This document shows positions 61,534 to 64,000 of a stretch of DNA of 64,000 nucleotides, piece after piece. The notes beneath the pieces are model-generated. The model was not told the origin of the DNA. It ran no database searches and was given only the letters and a program-made list of their open reading frames with translations. The DNA lies in the NCBI GenBank assembly GCA_965140585.1, contig OZ223269.1, positions 608,001 to 672,000 of the forward strand, written 5' to 3'. The position numbers and the translations under genes are program-made. Source of the stretch: Spirochaetia bacterium. GTDB lineage: Bacteria; Spirochaetota; Spirochaetia; UBA9216. The first letter of the stretch is position 1, and every line of letters starts with the position of its first letter.

Positions 61534-62161
61534 TGATCATCCAATTGTACGGGAAGGCTTTGCCAAACTGATAAATTCCGAGAAGAATTTTGAAGTAGTA
61601 GGTAAAGCTGAAGATGCCTCTGAAGCACTTGAAATAATTCAGAAGTTGAAGCCCGATGTGGCAATGGTTGATCTGTCCCTGAAAAACAGCAATGGTATTG
61701 AACTGATAAAAGATCTTCAGGCGCTCTGTCCTGAGGTTAAAGTTCTTGTAGTCAGTCTGCATGATGAAGAAATTTACGCAGAGAGAGTTCTAAGAGCCGG
61801 TGCGCGGGGTTTTATCATGAAGGCTGAAGCCGTGGATGATATTATAACAGCCGTAGGGAAAGTTGCCGGCGGTGAGATCTATCTGAGCAGCAAAATGCAG
61901 TCCAAAATGATTGAAAACCTTGCATACGGCGGAAGAAAGGATAGAGTTGATCCCATTGATATTCTCAGTGATCGTGAATTTGAGGTTTTTCAGATGATCG
62001 GAAATGGTCTTAAAACGAAAAGTATAGCGGAACAGCTTAATTTAAGTGTCAAAACTATAGAAACATATAAATCTCATTTAAAAATCAAACTTAATTTAAA
62101 TGACGGAATTGAACTTATTCAAAGGGCTGTTGAATGGTCCATGAAGCATAATGCTGGTTGA
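61508..62161 (+). CDS. NarL/LuxR-family response regulator
   Basis: VDDHPIVREG, LSDREFEV, LSVKTIETY. Confidence 0.93.
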   Translation: MLKRIIIVDDHPIVREGFAKLINSEKNFEVVGKAEDASEALEIIQKLKPDVAMVDLSLKNSNGIELIKDLQALCPEVKVLVVSLHDEEIYAERVLRAGARGFIMKAEAVDDIITAVGKVAGGEIYLSSKMQSKMIENLAYGGRKDRVDPIDILSDREFEVFQMIGNGLKTKSIAEQLNLSVKTIETYKSHLKIKLNLNDGIELIQRAVEWSMKHNAG

Positions 62162-62247
62162 AATAACTCCATAAATCATTATAATAATTACAAACAAATC
62201 TGAAATCCGACCATTCATTAATATGGTTAAGGAGAAATCGTACAATA

Positions 62248-64000
62248 ATGAGTAACACAGCTGAAATACGAAATTTCTGTATTATTGCGCATATAGACCA
62301 CGGAAAATCAACTCTTGCCGACCGATTTATCGAAAAGGCAATGATAATCTCAGAACGGGAATATAAGAATCAGATTCTTGACAGTATGGATATTGAACGG
62401 GAGCGAGGGATTACAATTAAATCCCAGGCTGTTACCATTCCCTATATTGATAAAAACGGTGTTGAATATGAACTGAACCTTGTAGACACTCCCGGTCATG
62501 TGGATTTTTCATATGAAGTCTCCAGAGCTATTTCATCATGCGAAGGTGCTCTTCTTCTTGTAGATGCAAGCCAGGGCGTTGAAGCTCAAACGCTTGCGAA
62601 CATGTACATGGCGATTGAATATGATTTGGAAATTATTCCTGTAATAAATAAAATTGATCTTCCCAGTGCAGATATTGATATGGTTAAGCATCAGATTGAT
62701 CATGAACTTGGTCTTGACCCGGATGCAGCAATGCTGGTTTCCGCAAAAAACGGAATAGGAATAGGCGAGTTACTTGAATCAATTGTTGAAAATATCCCAG
62801 CACCGGATGGTTCTGTAGAAAAGCCGCTTAAAGCATTAATTTTTGATTCTCATTATGATCCATACAGGGGCGTTATTGTTCATATCAGGGTTTTTGACGG
62901 AAAAATAGCACCGGGAATGAATATTAGACTTATGGCCTCTGACACAGTATACAAGGTGGAGGAAACCGGCATATTCAGGGTTGTTCTAAATAAAAAAGAC
63001 GAGCTTACTGCCGGAGAAGTTGGATATTTTATTGCCGGTATAAAGAATATTTCCGATATTCGCGTAGGTGATACTGTTACAAGTGAGAAAAATCCCTGCG
63101 ATAAACCGCTTGGCGGATTCCGAGAAGTTAAACCAGTTGTTTTTTCTTCTATATATCCAGTTAACTCCGATGATTATGAAGAGCTTCATACAGCCATCGA
63201 TAAACTAAAGCTTAACGATGCTTCACTGATATACGAGAAGGATGCTTCTGTAGCGCTTGGTTTCGGTTTTAGATGCGGGTTTCTGGGGATGCTTCATCTG
63301 GAAGTTGTTCAGGAACGCATTGAAAGGGAGTTCGGCCTTTCAATAGTATTAACTGCACCTTCTGTAGCTTATAAGGTAGAGCTCAATAATGGAGAGATGG
63401 TTAACATCGATAATCCTTCAGAATATCCTGACCCCGCAAAGATTCAGCATACAGAAGAACCTTATATTAAAGCAGCAATTATCTGCCCCAAAGAATATAT
63501 AGGGCCTATTATCAATCTTTGTCTGGAAAAAAGAGGTGTTCAGACAGGAATGAATTACCTTGATGAGAAGCGGGTTGAACTAACCTATGAAATGCCTCTG
63601 GCGGAAGTACTCTTCGACTTCTATGACCGCTTAAAATCAATAAGCAGAGGTTATGCTTCTTTTGATTATGAGATTCGGGATTACCGTGCAACTGATCTTG
63701 TTAAACTCGATATAATGATCAATGGAGACAAGGTTGATGCTCTTTCACAACTTGTTTTTCGTGAGAATGCAACAGCACGTGCACGTCTTGCATGCAGGAA
63801 GCTTAAAGATGAAATTCCAAGGCATCAGTTCAAAATAGCTCTTCAGGGCGCTATAGGATCCAATATCATAGCCAGAGAGACTATTTCTGCCCTGCGCAAA
63901 GATGTTACTGCCAAATGTTACGGTGGTGATATTTCAAGAAAAAGGAAACTCCTTGAAAAGCAGAAGGAAGGAAAAAAGCGTCTTAAGATGGTTGGAAATG
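62248..64000 (+). CDS. lepA: Elongation factor 4 (LepA), 3' end outside window
   Basis: [49 protein letters not shown]. Confidence 0.97.
   Translation, partial: MSNTAEIRNFCIIAHIDHGKSTLADRFIEKAMIISEREYKNQILDSMDIERERGITIKSQAVTIPYIDKNGVEYELNLVDTPGHVDFSYEVSRAISSCEGALLLVDASQGVEAQTLANMYMAIEYDLEIIPVINKIDLPSADIDMVKHQIDHELGLDPDAAMLVSAKNGIGIGELLESIVENIPAPDGSVEKPLKALIFDSHYDPYRGVIVHIRVFDGKIAPGMNIRLMASDTVYKVEETGIFRVVLNKKDELTAGEVGYFIAGIKNISDIRVGDTVTSEKNPCDKPLGGFREVKPVVFSSIYPVNSDDYEELHTAIDKLKLNDASLIYEKDASVALGFGFRCGFLGMLHLEVVQERIEREFGLSIVLTAPSVAYKVELNNGEMVNIDNPSEYPDPAKIQHTEEPYIKAAIICPKEYIGPIINLCLEKRGVQTGMNYLDEKRVELTYEMPLAEVLFDFYDRLKSISRGYASFDYEIRDYRATDLVKLDIMINGDKVDALSQLVFRENATARARLACRKLKDEIPRHQFKIALQGAIGSNIIARETISALRKDVTAKCYGGDISRKRKLLEKQKEGKKRLKMVGN

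Overview
This is chromosomal DNA from a spirochaete, probably a free-living member of Spirochaetia. The assignment rests on spirochaete-style signal peptides, a DUF5312-like gene, and the murG-cvpA-holB-hk2-rrp2 and rplU-prp-rpmA-obgE-nadD-yqeK-rsfS...spoVG-rplY-pth-tilS-ftsH gene orders. The left part is accessory: a Zur-type zinc regulon, a self-contained galactitol-family PTS operon with its own EI and HPr, a binding-protein/HisKA_2 sensor pair, and a decayed kinase/c-di-GMP locus. The rest is mostly core: apt, three tRNAs, carAB, ilvBN-leuA-cimA, argS, ribosome and translation genes, ftsH, and a partial lepA. I found no CRISPR array, IS element, integrase or prophage. Features missing from the ORF track that stand out: (1) a 209-nt spacer between tRNA-Gln(CTG) and tRNA-Glu(CTC) built from back-to-back hairpins, four sharing GTTT-N7-AAAC; (2) a 53-aa membrane microprotein inside the PTS operon; (3) a leaderless Ile/Leu-rich attenuator peptide upstream of ilvB; (4) a recurring leaderless promoter architecture. 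Also notable are a DapF homolog lacking its catalytic residues, a 57% Asp/Glu aromatic-studded small protein with its own promoter, and a Prp protease whose L27 neighbour lacks the cleavable extension. All family assignments come from recognising motifs by eye; no searches were run.
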